The translations under genes and the position numbers were made by a program. A stretch of DNA of 64,000 nt from Gemmatimonas sp. Its GTDB lineage: Bacteria; Gemmatimonadota; Gemmatimonadetes; Gemmatimonadales; Gemmatimonadaceae. Positions 1 to 14,252 of this stretch are shown here, piece by piece; within the stretch, counting starts at the first letter, position 1; each line of letters opens with the position of its first letter. The stretch is from contig OZ257156.1 of the NCBI GenBank assembly GCA_965279375.1, positions 3,264,001 through 3,328,000 on the forward strand, in the 5' to 3' direction. The notes below the pieces were generated by a model, which did not search any database, was not told the origin of the DNA, and saw nothing but the letters and a program-made list of their open reading frames with translations.

Positions 1-62
1 GATGTGTACCGCACGCTCACACTGGCGCTCGCGGACTCCTAGCACCGTTTTCAGGATTGCGC

Positions 63-4694
<4,632 letters not shown>

Positions 4695-5199
4695 ACCTGA
4701 GGGCGACGCCGTTGTTGCAATAGCGCAGGCCGGTGGGCTTGGGGCCGTCGCGGAAGACGTGCCCCTGATGTCCGTCGCAGCGGCTGCAATGATATTCCGT
4801 GCGCGGCAGAATCAACTTGTAGTCGCGCTTGGTGCCCACGGCCTTGGGGATCGTGTCGAAGAAGCTGGGCCACCCGGTGCCACTGTCGAACTTCTGCGTG
4901 CTATTGAACAGTGGCTGGTGGCACGCGGCACAGACATAGGTGCCGGCGCGCTTCTCCCGGTCGAGCGGGCTCGTCCCGGCGCGCTCGGTGCCATGTTCGA
5001 ACAGAACGGTGTACGCCTCGGGTGTTACCAATGCCTGCCATTCGGCGGTCGTCTTCGTCAGCGTTGCCACGTGCATTCCTCGGGGAAACTGGTCGACTGA
5101 TCGAACCGTAGAATCGGCGACGGCAGTGCCGTACCCTCGGTTCACTATCTTTACCCGTGCCTCACCATCCAGGTTCTTCCGACCAACACTGGAGCTTTT

Positions 5200-6588
5200 G
5201 TGCCCATCCCTCTGCCACCACGGAATCTGTTGCGACTCGCCTCCGGCTGCGCGCTCGGCTGCATTGCCGCGCTGCTCAGCGGCGCAGCGACAACCGCTCG
5301 CGCGCAGTCGCCGGCCCCGCTGGCTATCGACAGCTACACCCTGCCCAACGGCCTCAAGGTCATCCTCGCGGAGGACCACTCGGCGCAAGTCGTCACCGTG
5401 AACGTGTGGTACAACGTCGGATCACGCAATGAACGTTCCGGCCGCACGGGCTTCGCGCACCTGTTCGAGCACATGATGTTCCAGGGGTCCGCCAACGTGA
5501 AGAAGGGCGATCACATGGCGCTGGTACAGCAGGCGGGCGGCCAGATGAACGGCTCCACCGCCGACGACCGGACGAACTACTTCCAGACGCTCCCGTCCAA
5601 CCGGCTCAATCTGGGGCTCTGGCTCGAAGCCGACCGCATGCGGTCGCTCGCGATCACGCAGGAGAACTTCGAGAACCAGCGCGAGACGGTGAAGGAAGAG
5701 CGCCGCCTGCGCATCGACAATCAGCCGTACACGGGCGCGTTCCTCTCCTCGCTCACCAGCGGCTTCGATCCCAAGTCCTGCTTTGCCTACGCGCACGAGA
5801 CCATCGGCTCGATGGATGATCTCAATGCGGCCAAGCTGGAAGACGTGCAGGCGTTCTTCAACATGTACTACATCCCCAACAACGCCACGTTGGTGGTCAC
5901 CGGCGATTTCCAGCCCGCCGAGACCAAGCAGCTGATCAACACGTATTTCGCGGCGATTCCACGCGCGGCAGATCCGCCGGCCGTTGCCTGCGACCAGCCG
6001 TTTAACGTGGGACAGCAGCGGCGAAGCGTGACGGACACCAAGGCCAATCTCCCGGCCGTGCTGCTGCTCTATCGCATGCCGGATTACAAGAACGCCGACA
6101 CGCCCGCGCTTGAATTCCTGAGCACCATTCTCGGCGGCGGCGAAAGCTCGCGCCTCAATCGCGCCGTCGTGCGCGACGCCAAGGCCGCGCTCGCCGTGCA
6201 GACGCTAGCCGGACTCGGCGCTCGCCGTGGTCCCAATGTGTTCGGGGCACTCGGCATCGCCAACCAGGGCGTGTCGCCAGACTCCATCGAGGCGCTGCTG
6301 GTCAAGCAGATCGCCGAGGTGGTAGCGAACGGCGTGACCGAAGCGGAGTTGGCGAAGGCCAAGAATGCGTATCGCGCGGGTCGGATCAGCGAACTGCAGA
6401 CGTCGATGGGACGCGCCGAGGCGATCCACACCGCCGACATGTTCATGGGCGATCCGAAGGCGGTGAATGCCGACCTCGAACGACACATGGCCGTGACCGT
6501 TGATGACATCAAGCGGGCCGCCGCGAAGTACCTGCGCCCGGACAACAGCGTGATCACGCTGATCAAGCCCGAGGGGAAGACGCCGTGA
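5200..6588 (+). CDS. Secreted M16 family zinc peptidase, catalytic subunit
   Basis: Signal peptide, 'YTLPNGLKV', 'WYNVGSRNE', inverted zinc motif HxxEH ('AHLFEHMMFQGS'), 'VKEERR'. Confidence 0.93.
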   Translation: MPIPLPPRNLLRLASGCALGCIAALLSGAATTARAQSPAPLAIDSYTLPNGLKVILAEDHSAQVVTVNVWYNVGSRNERSGRTGFAHLFEHMMFQGSANVKKGDHMALVQQAGGQMNGSTADDRTNYFQTLPSNRLNLGLWLEADRMRSLAITQENFENQRETVKEERRLRIDNQPYTGAFLSSLTSGFDPKSCFAYAHETIGSMDDLNAAKLEDVQAFFNMYYIPNNATLVVTGDFQPAETKQLINTYFAAIPRAADPPAVACDQPFNVGQQRRSVTDTKANLPAVLLLYRMPDYKNADTPALEFLSTILGGGESSRLNRAVVRDAKAALAVQTLAGLGARRGPNVFGALGIANQGVSPDSIEALLVKQIAEVVANGVTEAELAKAKNAYRAGRISELQTSMGRAEAIHTADMFMGDPKAVNADLERHMAVTVDDIKRAAAKYLRPDNSVITLIKPEGKTP

Positions 6589-8684
6589 GCGCGACCAACA
6601 GCATGACCCGTGCGCTGGCCTTGTCGGCCACGCTGACGTTCGCCGCGACCGCGACCCCGGTCGTCGCGCAGACCTATCCCACCTCGCCGCCGGCGCCCGC
6701 GCCGGTCAAACCGGCCGCGCTGCCACCGTTCCAGGAAGCACTGCTTCCCAACGGCGTGCGGCTCGTGCTCGTGGAGAATCACAAGAACCCGGTGGTGGCG
6801 TTCCGCCTGGCCATCCCTGCCGGTGGCAACTATGACGCGGCGGACAAGGCCGGCACTGCGTCCATCGTGGCGACGTTGCTGACCAAGGGCGCGGGGACGC
6901 GTTCTGCGGACGAGATCTCTGCGGCGATCGAAAGCGCGGGAGGTTCACTCAGCGCGTTCACGGACGACGATTTCCTGAGTGTCTCGGGAAGTGTGCTCTC
7001 CAACGCGGCGCCGCTGGCGTTCGAACTACTGGGCGATGCCGTCGCGCGTCCGACATTCAGCGAGAAGGAGTTCGAGCTGGCCCGCACGCAAGCGTTGTCC
7101 GGCCTGCAACTCGAGTTGACGAATCCGTCGGCGTTGGCCTCGCGTTTTCTCGCGGCGGGCCTGTACGGCAAGCATCCATACGGGCGCAGCTCAACGGCCA
7201 AGAGCGTGCGCGCCATCTCGCGCGCCGACCTGTTGGCGTTTCAGGCGGCGAGACTCAAGCCGCGCGGCGCGGTGCTGGTGGTTGCCGGCGACATCACGAT
7301 GCCGACGCTCAAGGCGCTGACCACCAAGGGGTTTGGTACGTGGAGCGGCGCTTCTGCCGTCGCGCCTACGTGGCCGGCGCCGCCGCAGCGCGCCGGCACG
7401 GAGATCGTGCTGGTGCACCGCCCGGGCAGCGTGCAGTCCAACCTGCTGGTTGGCAATCTCGCCATGACGCCGACCGATCCGCTTCGACTGGCCGCACTCG
7501 TGGCCAATCGTGTGCTCGGCGGTGACAGCGACTCGCGGCTGTTCGTCGTGTTGCGCGAGAAGAAGAGCTGGACGTATGGCGCATACTCGAGCCTCTCGCG
7601 GCCGCGTGGCATCGGACGCTTTGAAGCCAACGCCGAAGTCCGGACCGAAGTGACCGATTCTGCACTCGTCGAGCTGCTCGCACAGCTCAAGCGCATCAAC
7701 ACTGAGTCGATTCCGACCGCCGAACTCGAGCCGGCCAAGAACGCGCTCGTCGGTGTCTTCCCGCTGACCATCGAGACGCCGCAGCAACTGGCCGAGCGTG
7801 TCGCGTCGGTCAAGCTGTATGGATTGGCGCCGGACTATCTGCAGACGTACCGCACCAAGGTGGGCGCGGTCACGGCGGCGCAGGCACTGCAGGCGGCGCA
7901 GCGTGCGATCCAACCGCAGAAGGCGTTGGTTGTGGTGGTGGGCGACGGTACGAAGGTGTACGAGAAGCTCCGCAAGATTGCGCCGGTCAAGATCATCAGT
8001 GTCGAAGGCGATCCGATGACGCCGGCAGACTTCACGCCGCGTGCGATGGGACTGGCGCTCGACTTCTCCAAGCTCTCCGCGCGTCGCGATTCATTCGTGG
8101 TGTCGGTGCAGGGAAATGCGGCGGGATCGTCGGTGTATGCGCTCGAGTCACGCGCGGGCGGTTGGACGATACGCGAGAACACGAGCATCATGGGCGGCAT
8201 GATGAAGCAGACGACCCAGCTCGACACCGACGCCTCCATGGCGCCCGCGTCGCTCGCGCAGACGATGACGATGCAGGGGCAGGCGATGAAGACCGAGGTG
8301 ACGTTTGCCGGTGGACGCGCCAAGGGTAGCGCGACGACGCCTGGGCAGACCGGGCCGCAGACCAAGGCCATCGATACCGAACTTCCGGCCGGCACCATCG
8401 ACAGCGACGCATTGCAGATGGTGCTGCCGCTGTTCCGTTGGGCGGCCGACGCCAAGTTCACGCTCAATCTGTTCAGCCCCGGCAAGGGCACTGTCGAGCC
8501 GGTCACGCTTACAGTCGTCGGCAGTGAATCGGTGAAGGTGCCCGCGGGCACGTTCGAGACGTGGAAGGTTGAGCAGAAGGGTGGCGAATCCTCGGTCACG
8601 CTCTACATCTCGAAGGATGCGGCGCATCGCCTGGTCAAGATTGCGCCGGTCGGACAGCCGATCGAGCTCCTGTTGGCGAAGTGA
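6585..8684 (+). CDS. Secreted M16 family peptidase, non-catalytic partner subunit with extra C-terminal beta-rich domain
   Basis: 'LPNGVRL', 'HPYGR', 'LGG..SRLF..LREKKSWTYG' (R/Y motif), no HxxEH. About 200-aa C-terminal extension; GTGA overlap with the upstream gene. Confidence 0.88.
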   Translation: MSATNSMTRALALSATLTFAATATPVVAQTYPTSPPAPAPVKPAALPPFQEALLPNGVRLVLVENHKNPVVAFRLAIPAGGNYDAADKAGTASIVATLLTKGAGTRSADEISAAIESAGGSLSAFTDDDFLSVSGSVLSNAAPLAFELLGDAVARPTFSEKEFELARTQALSGLQLELTNPSALASRFLAAGLYGKHPYGRSSTAKSVRAISRADLLAFQAARLKPRGAVLVVAGDITMPTLKALTTKGFGTWSGASAVAPTWPAPPQRAGTEIVLVHRPGSVQSNLLVGNLAMTPTDPLRLAALVANRVLGGDSDSRLFVVLREKKSWTYGAYSSLSRPRGIGRFEANAEVRTEVTDSALVELLAQLKRINTESIPTAELEPAKNALVGVFPLTIETPQQLAERVASVKLYGLAPDYLQTYRTKVGAVTAAQALQAAQRAIQPQKALVVVVGDGTKVYEKLRKIAPVKIISVEGDPMTPADFTPRAMGLALDFSKLSARRDSFVVSVQGNAAGSSVYALESRAGGWTIRENTSIMGGMMKQTTQLDTDASMAPASLAQTMTMQGQAMKTEVTFAGGRAKGSATTPGQTGPQTKAIDTELPAGTIDSDALQMVLPLFRWAADAKFTLNLFSPGKGTVEPVTLTVVGSESVKVPAGTFETWKVEQKGGESSVTLYISKDAAHRLVKIAPVGQPIELLLAK

Positions 8685-9922
8685 GCGCCCCCGGGGGCAA
8701 CGACGCGTCATTCGGCTTTCGCACGTCGCACGACGATGGCACAGCTCGACTCGGATTCTTCACGACGCCCCACGGCGTCGTGAAGACGCCCGCGTTCATG
8801 CCGGTCGCTACGCACGGCACGATCAAAGGCCTCTCGATGGACGAGGTGCGCGCCGCCGGTGGGCAGATGATGCTGTCCAACGCGTATCACCTGTATCTCC
8901 GTCCGGGTGACATGATGGTGCGCGCATTGGGCGGGCTGCACGCGTTCGCGCGATGGTCCGGTCCGATGCTCACCGACTCGGGGGGCTTTCAGGTGTTCTC
9001 GCTCTCCAAGCTGCGCACGGTCAAGGAATCGGGCGTGGAGTTTCGCAGTCATCTGGATGGCTCGTTGCACCAGTACACGCCGGAAAGCGTGATGCGTATC
9101 GAGCGCAATCTCGGCGCTGACGTGATCATGCAGCTCGATGAACTCATCGCCGGCGGTGCAGAGTTGTCTGCGTCGCGCTCCGCGATGGAGCGCAGCCTCC
9201 GCTGGCTCGAACGCTGTCGGGTGGAGTTCGATCGCATCTCGCGTGATGGTCGTGAGTCCGCGCCCGCGTTCGAGGTAACGCCGGGTGCCCCGCCGCTCGC
9301 GACCTTCGACGCGACCACCGATCTCATTCCGCCGCCGCAAGCGCTCTTTCCGATCGTTCAGGGTGGCACGCACCCCGAGCTTCGCCGCGCGTCGCTGCGC
9401 GGTATTCTCGAAACGGGTGATTGGGTTGGTGTGGCGGTGGGCGGGCTCTCCGTGGGCGAGTCCAAGCCGGACATGTACGCGATGCTCGACGTGTGCGAAC
9501 CGCTGCTGCCGCGACACAAACCGCGCTATCTGATGGGCGTCGGCTTTCCCGACGATCTGGTGGAAGGGATGCGGCGCGGCATCGATCTATTTGATTGCGT
9601 AGTCCCGACGCGCATGGGGCGGCACGGCACGGCGTTCACTCCCGATGGCACCGTGCAGGTGCGGCAGAGCCGGTTTCGCACCGATCGACGGCCGTTGGTG
9701 GAGGGCTGTGGCTGTCCGTGCTGCACGCACTACGACCGCGCGTATCTGCGACATCTCTTCGTGAGCGAGGAGATGTTGGGATTGCGCCTGCTGGCCTTGC
9801 ATAACGTCGCGTTTCTTCTGGACGTGACTCGGCATGGGCGCGAGGCGCTCACGGCGGGAACGTTCGCCTCGTGGAGCGAGGCATGGCTCGCGCGCTATCG
9901 CGCGAAGGGGAAGGACGAATGA
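8681..9922 (+). CDS. tgt: tRNA-guanine transglycosylase (queuine tRNA-ribosyltransferase)
   Basis: 'TPAFMPVATHG', 'NAYHLYLRPG', 'LTDSGGFQVFSL', 'IVQGG', 'RYLMGVG', 'DLFDCVVPTR', Zn site 'CGCPCC...HN'. Confidence 0.96.
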   Translation: MSAPGGNDASFGFRTSHDDGTARLGFFTTPHGVVKTPAFMPVATHGTIKGLSMDEVRAAGGQMMLSNAYHLYLRPGDMMVRALGGLHAFARWSGPMLTDSGGFQVFSLSKLRTVKESGVEFRSHLDGSLHQYTPESVMRIERNLGADVIMQLDELIAGGAELSASRSAMERSLRWLERCRVEFDRISRDGRESAPAFEVTPGAPPLATFDATTDLIPPPQALFPIVQGGTHPELRRASLRGILETGDWVGVAVGGLSVGESKPDMYAMLDVCEPLLPRHKPRYLMGVGFPDDLVEGMRRGIDLFDCVVPTRMGRHGTAFTPDGTVQVRQSRFRTDRRPLVEGCGCPCCTHYDRAYLRHLFVSEEMLGLRLLALHNVAFLLDVTRHGREALTAGTFASWSEAWLARYRAKGKDE

Positions 9923-10932
9923 GCGCACCGATCGATCCGGTCCGTTGGGGCGTGTTGGGAGCGGCCAACATCGCGCGTCGTCGCGTCATTCCGGCGTTGC
10001 AGCGAGCGGCAAACTCCACCGTGCTCGCTGTGGCGTCTCGCAATCTCGATACCGCCACTCAATTCGCCGACGACATGGACGTGCCGCGCCCCTACGGCTC
10101 GTACGATGCGTTGCTGGCCGATCCCGATATCGATGCGGTCTACATTCCGCTGCCCAACCATCTGCACGTTCCGTGGGCGGTGCGCGCGGCGGAGGCCGGC
10201 AAGCATGTGCTCTGCGAAAAGCCGATTGCGCTAACCGCAAATGAGGCCCGCACGCTGCTGGCTGTGCGTGAACGCACCGGCGTGCAGATCTGCGAAGCGT
10301 TCATGGTGCGATCGCATCCGCGGTGGCATGCGGTCAAGGCACTGGTCGACGAGGGGCGGATCGGCACGCTGGAAACCATCAGCGCGCACTTCAGCTACGC
10401 GCGCAAGACGGCGGAGAACATTCGCAGCAAGCCCCAGTGGGGCGGCGGCGCACTGATGGATATCGGCTGCTATCCCGTCTTCATGTCGCGATGGATGTAC
10501 GGTGCGGAGCCGACATCGGTCATGGCGATGATGGATCGTGATGCCGAGACCGGCGTGGACAAGCTCGTGAGCGCCATGCTGCGCTTCCCGACGGGCACGG
10601 CGCAGTTCACCGTGGGCGGGCAGCTGGTGCTGCATCAGCAGTTGCAGCTGTTCGGCACGGCCGGCGTGATCAACGTGGAGGTGCCCTTCAATCCTCCCGA
10701 GGAAACGCCGACGTGTGTCGTGGTGGACGACGGACGCGACCTGGCCGGGAGCGGCGCGGAGCGTATCGACTTTCCCGCCGTGAACCAATTCGTGGAGCAG
10801 GCCGAGTCGATGGCCGCGGCCATCCGTGGTACCGGCGCCGCTCCCGTCTCGCTGGAGAACTCGATCGGCAATATGGCCGTGCTCGACGCGCTCGTACGCT
10901 CGGCGGCTTCCGGACGCTGGGAGCAGCCGTAG
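9919..10932 (+). CDS. Gfo/Idh/MocA family NAD(P)-dependent oxidoreductase
   Basis: 'WGVLGAANIA', 'YIPLPNHLH', 'GKHVLCEKP', 'GGGALMDIGCY'; ATGA overlap with the tgt stop. Confidence 0.92.
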   Translation: MSAPIDPVRWGVLGAANIARRRVIPALQRAANSTVLAVASRNLDTATQFADDMDVPRPYGSYDALLADPDIDAVYIPLPNHLHVPWAVRAAEAGKHVLCEKPIALTANEARTLLAVRERTGVQICEAFMVRSHPRWHAVKALVDEGRIGTLETISAHFSYARKTAENIRSKPQWGGGALMDIGCYPVFMSRWMYGAEPTSVMAMMDRDAETGVDKLVSAMLRFPTGTAQFTVGGQLVLHQQLQLFGTAGVINVEVPFNPPEETPTCVVVDDGRDLAGSGAERIDFPAVNQFVEQAESMAAAIRGTGAAPVSLENSIGNMAVLDALVRSAASGRWEQP

Positions 10933-11058
10933 CGCCAGGCTCCGTCCGGAGCGCCCAACATTGTGACAATGCGTTGGCATGGGAAGTGACGAGACTCGAA
11001 GTACCCTCGGAATTGGCCGAGGGTGCCGATCGCAGCCTCTCGTCGCTGAGGTACCTCC

Positions 11059-11616
11059 ATGCCGAAGAGTTCGTGGTGCGCGTGCGCTTCGGTCGTGCTC
11101 GCGTGTGCGCTGCCCGCACACGTGCACGCGCAGCAGCGAGCGCTCACGACGACCGCGCTGGCTCCTCTCGAGTTGTCGTCCGTTGCGCCGAGCACGCGTG
11201 AGCTGACGTCGGCGCTGGTTCTCGAACTGCGGCGCGTGTGGCACGCGGTGGAGGCTCCGGCACTTCCGCGGTGGGGGCGAGCCGTCCGAGCCGTGGAGCG
11301 ACTCGTCGGTCTGCCGTGGCGAGGTGCAACGCCGATCGTGCTGCTGGTGCCGGACGGAGGGCAGGGCTTCGCTTGCGACGGTGGGGAATGCGCCGGACGC
11401 TTCGAGGCGACACGCCTTGTGACGACAAATGCGGAGCGCGCCGACACCGTCGTGGTTGGCGTGATTCTCCTCGCGGAGTCCGCCATGATGCGAGAGGACG
11501 TCTGGGAGCACGAACTGACACACGCGCTCCTCGCGCAACACAGCCTGATCGAGGCGAGTACGCGGCACGATCCCCGCTACTTCCCGCGCGCGCGGAGCGC
11601 AATCGCGATTCGGTGA
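11059..11616 (+). CDS. Hypothetical secreted protein with HExxH motif (possible minimal zinc metallopeptidase)
   Basis: GAGG RBS, signal peptide ending 'VHA-Q', 'VWEHELTHALL', Cys pair 'CDGGEC'. Confidence 0.6.
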   Translation: MPKSSWCACASVVLACALPAHVHAQQRALTTTALAPLELSSVAPSTRELTSALVLELRRVWHAVEAPALPRWGRAVRAVERLVGLPWRGATPIVLLVPDGGQGFACDGGECAGRFEATRLVTTNAERADTVVVGVILLAESAMMREDVWEHELTHALLAQHSLIEASTRHDPRYFPRARSAIAIR

Positions 11617-11790
11617 GCGACGCACGCTGAAGGCGACGTCGTAGCCCCGATGCGGCGGGGGTCGGCGTGAGGCTCAGGCGCCCAGCCTCCCTCCGCAGGT
11701 CGTCGCGTGGCGTCCGCCCCTGCTGGCGACTCGGCGGCCGAACGGCCACATTCGACGCGACTGCCTCTCGTCGCCACCTCCGTCGAGCTC

Positions 11791-14085
11791 ATGCCAATGC
11801 GACTCCTTTCCCGATCAGCAGGCACCGCGTTTGCGCTCGCCGCGCTGCTTCCGCCGAGTTCCGCTCGCCTCGTTGCACAAGGCAGTCCGTCCAACCCCGC
11901 GCCGAACGGGACGCGTCGCGTCGAGAACACCTTCGTTCCCGAGGATGCGCTGAATGTCGTCACACTCACGATCGGGGACCTGACGAACGACGGACGATTC
12001 GCGGCTGCGACCTCTTCGGTGCGGCGCGACGCGTTTGGTCAGGATTTCCGGCGCGATGGCGATCCCACCTACGTGCGCGGCGCACTGACGCGTGTGCTGC
12101 TCATCGACACCAAGACCGGTGCAACTACGCCGATCTTCCGTGACATGAAGAGCGTGCGCGGCATGCAGTGGTCGCCTGATGGCGCCACGCTCGCCATGCT
12201 GGTGTTCAACGGCGATGTCTACGAGCCGGTGCTGTGGACGCGAGCGACCGGCAAGAGCGTCACACTCAAAATGCCAGCGGGTCGATACGTCGCGGAGAAC
12301 AGCGATGCACGATGGTCGCCCGATGGCAAGCAGCTGGTGCTCAGCGTGCACACGCTCGAGTGGCGCAAGCGCGTCCGCGACACCTTTGCAACGATGACTG
12401 GTGTGACACCGGTTTTTGTTCAGAACAGCAAGGATCCGTTCCTTGCGTGGGACGCCATCCGTCGCGAAGGCAATGTCCGTTCGCTCGTGATGCTTGACGT
12501 CGCAACCGGGCGAGTGCGCGATCTCGTACCGGAACAGTCGCTCGTGAACTACACACTCGCCGAGGATGGCAGTGCGGTCACGTTTGCGAAGGACATCGTC
12601 AGCAAGACGGACTACGAATCGCTGGGCGCACCGGAAACATCGCTGCGCACGCGCGACGCCAACGGTGTCGAACGCGTATTGCATGCGACGACCAAGGGCA
12701 TGCAAATCCAGTGGGCGGACGATGGCAGGCGCTATGCGTTCTCCAGCAACGGTCGCGTGTACCTCGCCTCCATCGGAGACACGACAAAGAAGCTGATCGC
12801 CGGCGCACCGGAAGCGCGTCGTGGCGAAACGCCTGATACCTCAAAGGCGGCGCGCGACAAGGCTGCGGCCGAGCGCTTCACCGTCGTGCGATTCAGTCCG
12901 ACCGGTGATGCAGTGCTTGTGTCCAACCGCGAAGGGCTCTGGCTCGCGGACGCAAGCACCGGCGCGCGCGAGAAGGTGGTCGCCTCGAGCGATTCGAGCG
13001 AGATGCTCCCGCGCGTGACGTTCGCCGCGTGGAGTGCCGATGGGCAGCATCTGTTCCTGACCTCGGCCTCTCGCCAGCGGTGGGAGCGCGCCATCCTTCG
13101 CTATGATCGTCCCACCAAGCAGCTCAAGGAGTTGGTCAAGGACGCGCGTTCCTTCTCGCAGTTTCGTCTTTCAAGAGACGGAAAGACGGTGCTGCTCAAT
13201 ATTGCGAATGGAAACCGTCCTCCCGACCTGTACGCATCCAATACCGACTTGAGCGATCTCCATCGCGTCGTCGAAACCAATCCGCAGCTGGCCACACGAA
13301 AGATCGGGCCGACAGAACTCGTCACCTTTCTGAACGCCGATGGTCACGCGAAGAAGATGGTCGTCTACTACCCGGCCGACTTCGACAAGACCAAGACGTA
13401 TCCCACGGTCTTCGAGATCTATGAAGACTTCTTCGACGACAACTTCGACATTCGCGCCAACGTGCTCACCGGCGCGGGTTATGTCGTCGTGCATCCGTCA
13501 GTCGACTTCGACATCGGATACCCTGGTGAGGCTTGGGCCAAGGGCGTCACGTCGGCTGCGAACAAGCTGATCGAGATGGGCGTCGCCGACTCCACTCGAC
13601 TCGGCGTGCAGGGACAAAGCTACGGTGGATACGCCACGAATCTGCTGATCACCCAAACGAATCGCTTCAAGGCGGCGGTCAACATCAGCGGCAAGGTGGA
13701 CATGATCAGCTTCTACACCGACAGTCCGCGCCTCGGCGTGCGCAACGTGAACGCCGCCGAGAAGACGCAGGATCGCCTCGGTGCCTCGATGTGGGCGCAG
13801 CCGCAGAAGTACGTGGCGCATTCGGCGGTGATGTTTGCCGATCGTATCACGACACCGCTCATGCTGGTCACCGGCGAACAGGACTCGAACGTGCCCGCCA
13901 TCAACACGCGCGAGATGTACTACGCGCTGCGTCGGCTGGGGAGGGAAGTGATCTGGGTGAACTACGCCAACGGCGGACACGGTGGTGGGACCGCAACGGC
14001 CGCCGACTTCGTGGATATGCAGAAACGTATCGTGGAGTTCTACGATGCACGGCTCAAAGCGAAGGGGAGAATCGGCGCCAACTAG
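11791..14085 (+). CDS. S9 family (prolyl oligopeptidase/acylaminoacyl) peptidase with beta-propeller
   Basis: Repeated 'WSPDG' propeller blades, nucleophile 'GQSYGGY', Asp 'QDSNV', His 'GGHGG'; signal peptide after ATG 11791. Confidence 0.9.
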   Translation: MPMRLLSRSAGTAFALAALLPPSSARLVAQGSPSNPAPNGTRRVENTFVPEDALNVVTLTIGDLTNDGRFAAATSSVRRDAFGQDFRRDGDPTYVRGALTRVLLIDTKTGATTPIFRDMKSVRGMQWSPDGATLAMLVFNGDVYEPVLWTRATGKSVTLKMPAGRYVAENSDARWSPDGKQLVLSVHTLEWRKRVRDTFATMTGVTPVFVQNSKDPFLAWDAIRREGNVRSLVMLDVATGRVRDLVPEQSLVNYTLAEDGSAVTFAKDIVSKTDYESLGAPETSLRTRDANGVERVLHATTKGMQIQWADDGRRYAFSSNGRVYLASIGDTTKKLIAGAPEARRGETPDTSKAARDKAAAERFTVVRFSPTGDAVLVSNREGLWLADASTGAREKVVASSDSSEMLPRVTFAAWSADGQHLFLTSASRQRWERAILRYDRPTKQLKELVKDARSFSQFRLSRDGKTVLLNIANGNRPPDLYASNTDLSDLHRVVETNPQLATRKIGPTELVTFLNADGHAKKMVVYYPADFDKTKTYPTVFEIYEDFFDDNFDIRANVLTGAGYVVVHPSVDFDIGYPGEAWAKGVTSAANKLIEMGVADSTRLGVQGQSYGGYATNLLITQTNRFKAAVNISGKVDMISFYTDSPRLGVRNVNAAEKTQDRLGASMWAQPQKYVAHSAVMFADRITTPLMLVTGEQDSNVPAINTREMYYALRRLGREVIWVNYANGGHGGGTATAADFVDMQKRIVEFYDARLKAKGRIGAN

Positions 14086-14102
14086 GTCGCCGTGCCAATT
14101 GC

Positions 14103-14131
14103 TTGACATGTTCTCCAAAAACAGTTGAAAT
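14103..14131 (+). promoter_or_regulatory. Putative sigma70-type promoter for the esterase-susC-susD operon
   Basis: Perfect TTGACA, 17 nt spacer, weak -10 TGAAAT in an AT-rich patch. Confidence 0.4.
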
Positions 14132-14252
14132 AGGGATGTCGGTCGTGGGCGCGTGGTTGATTGCCGCGCTCGGTCGTACCGTCGGTCGCATGGTCAGTTT
14201 GTCTGACGCGGCGACACCATGACCAGACGCTGGCCATCTCCCTCTTCTTCCA

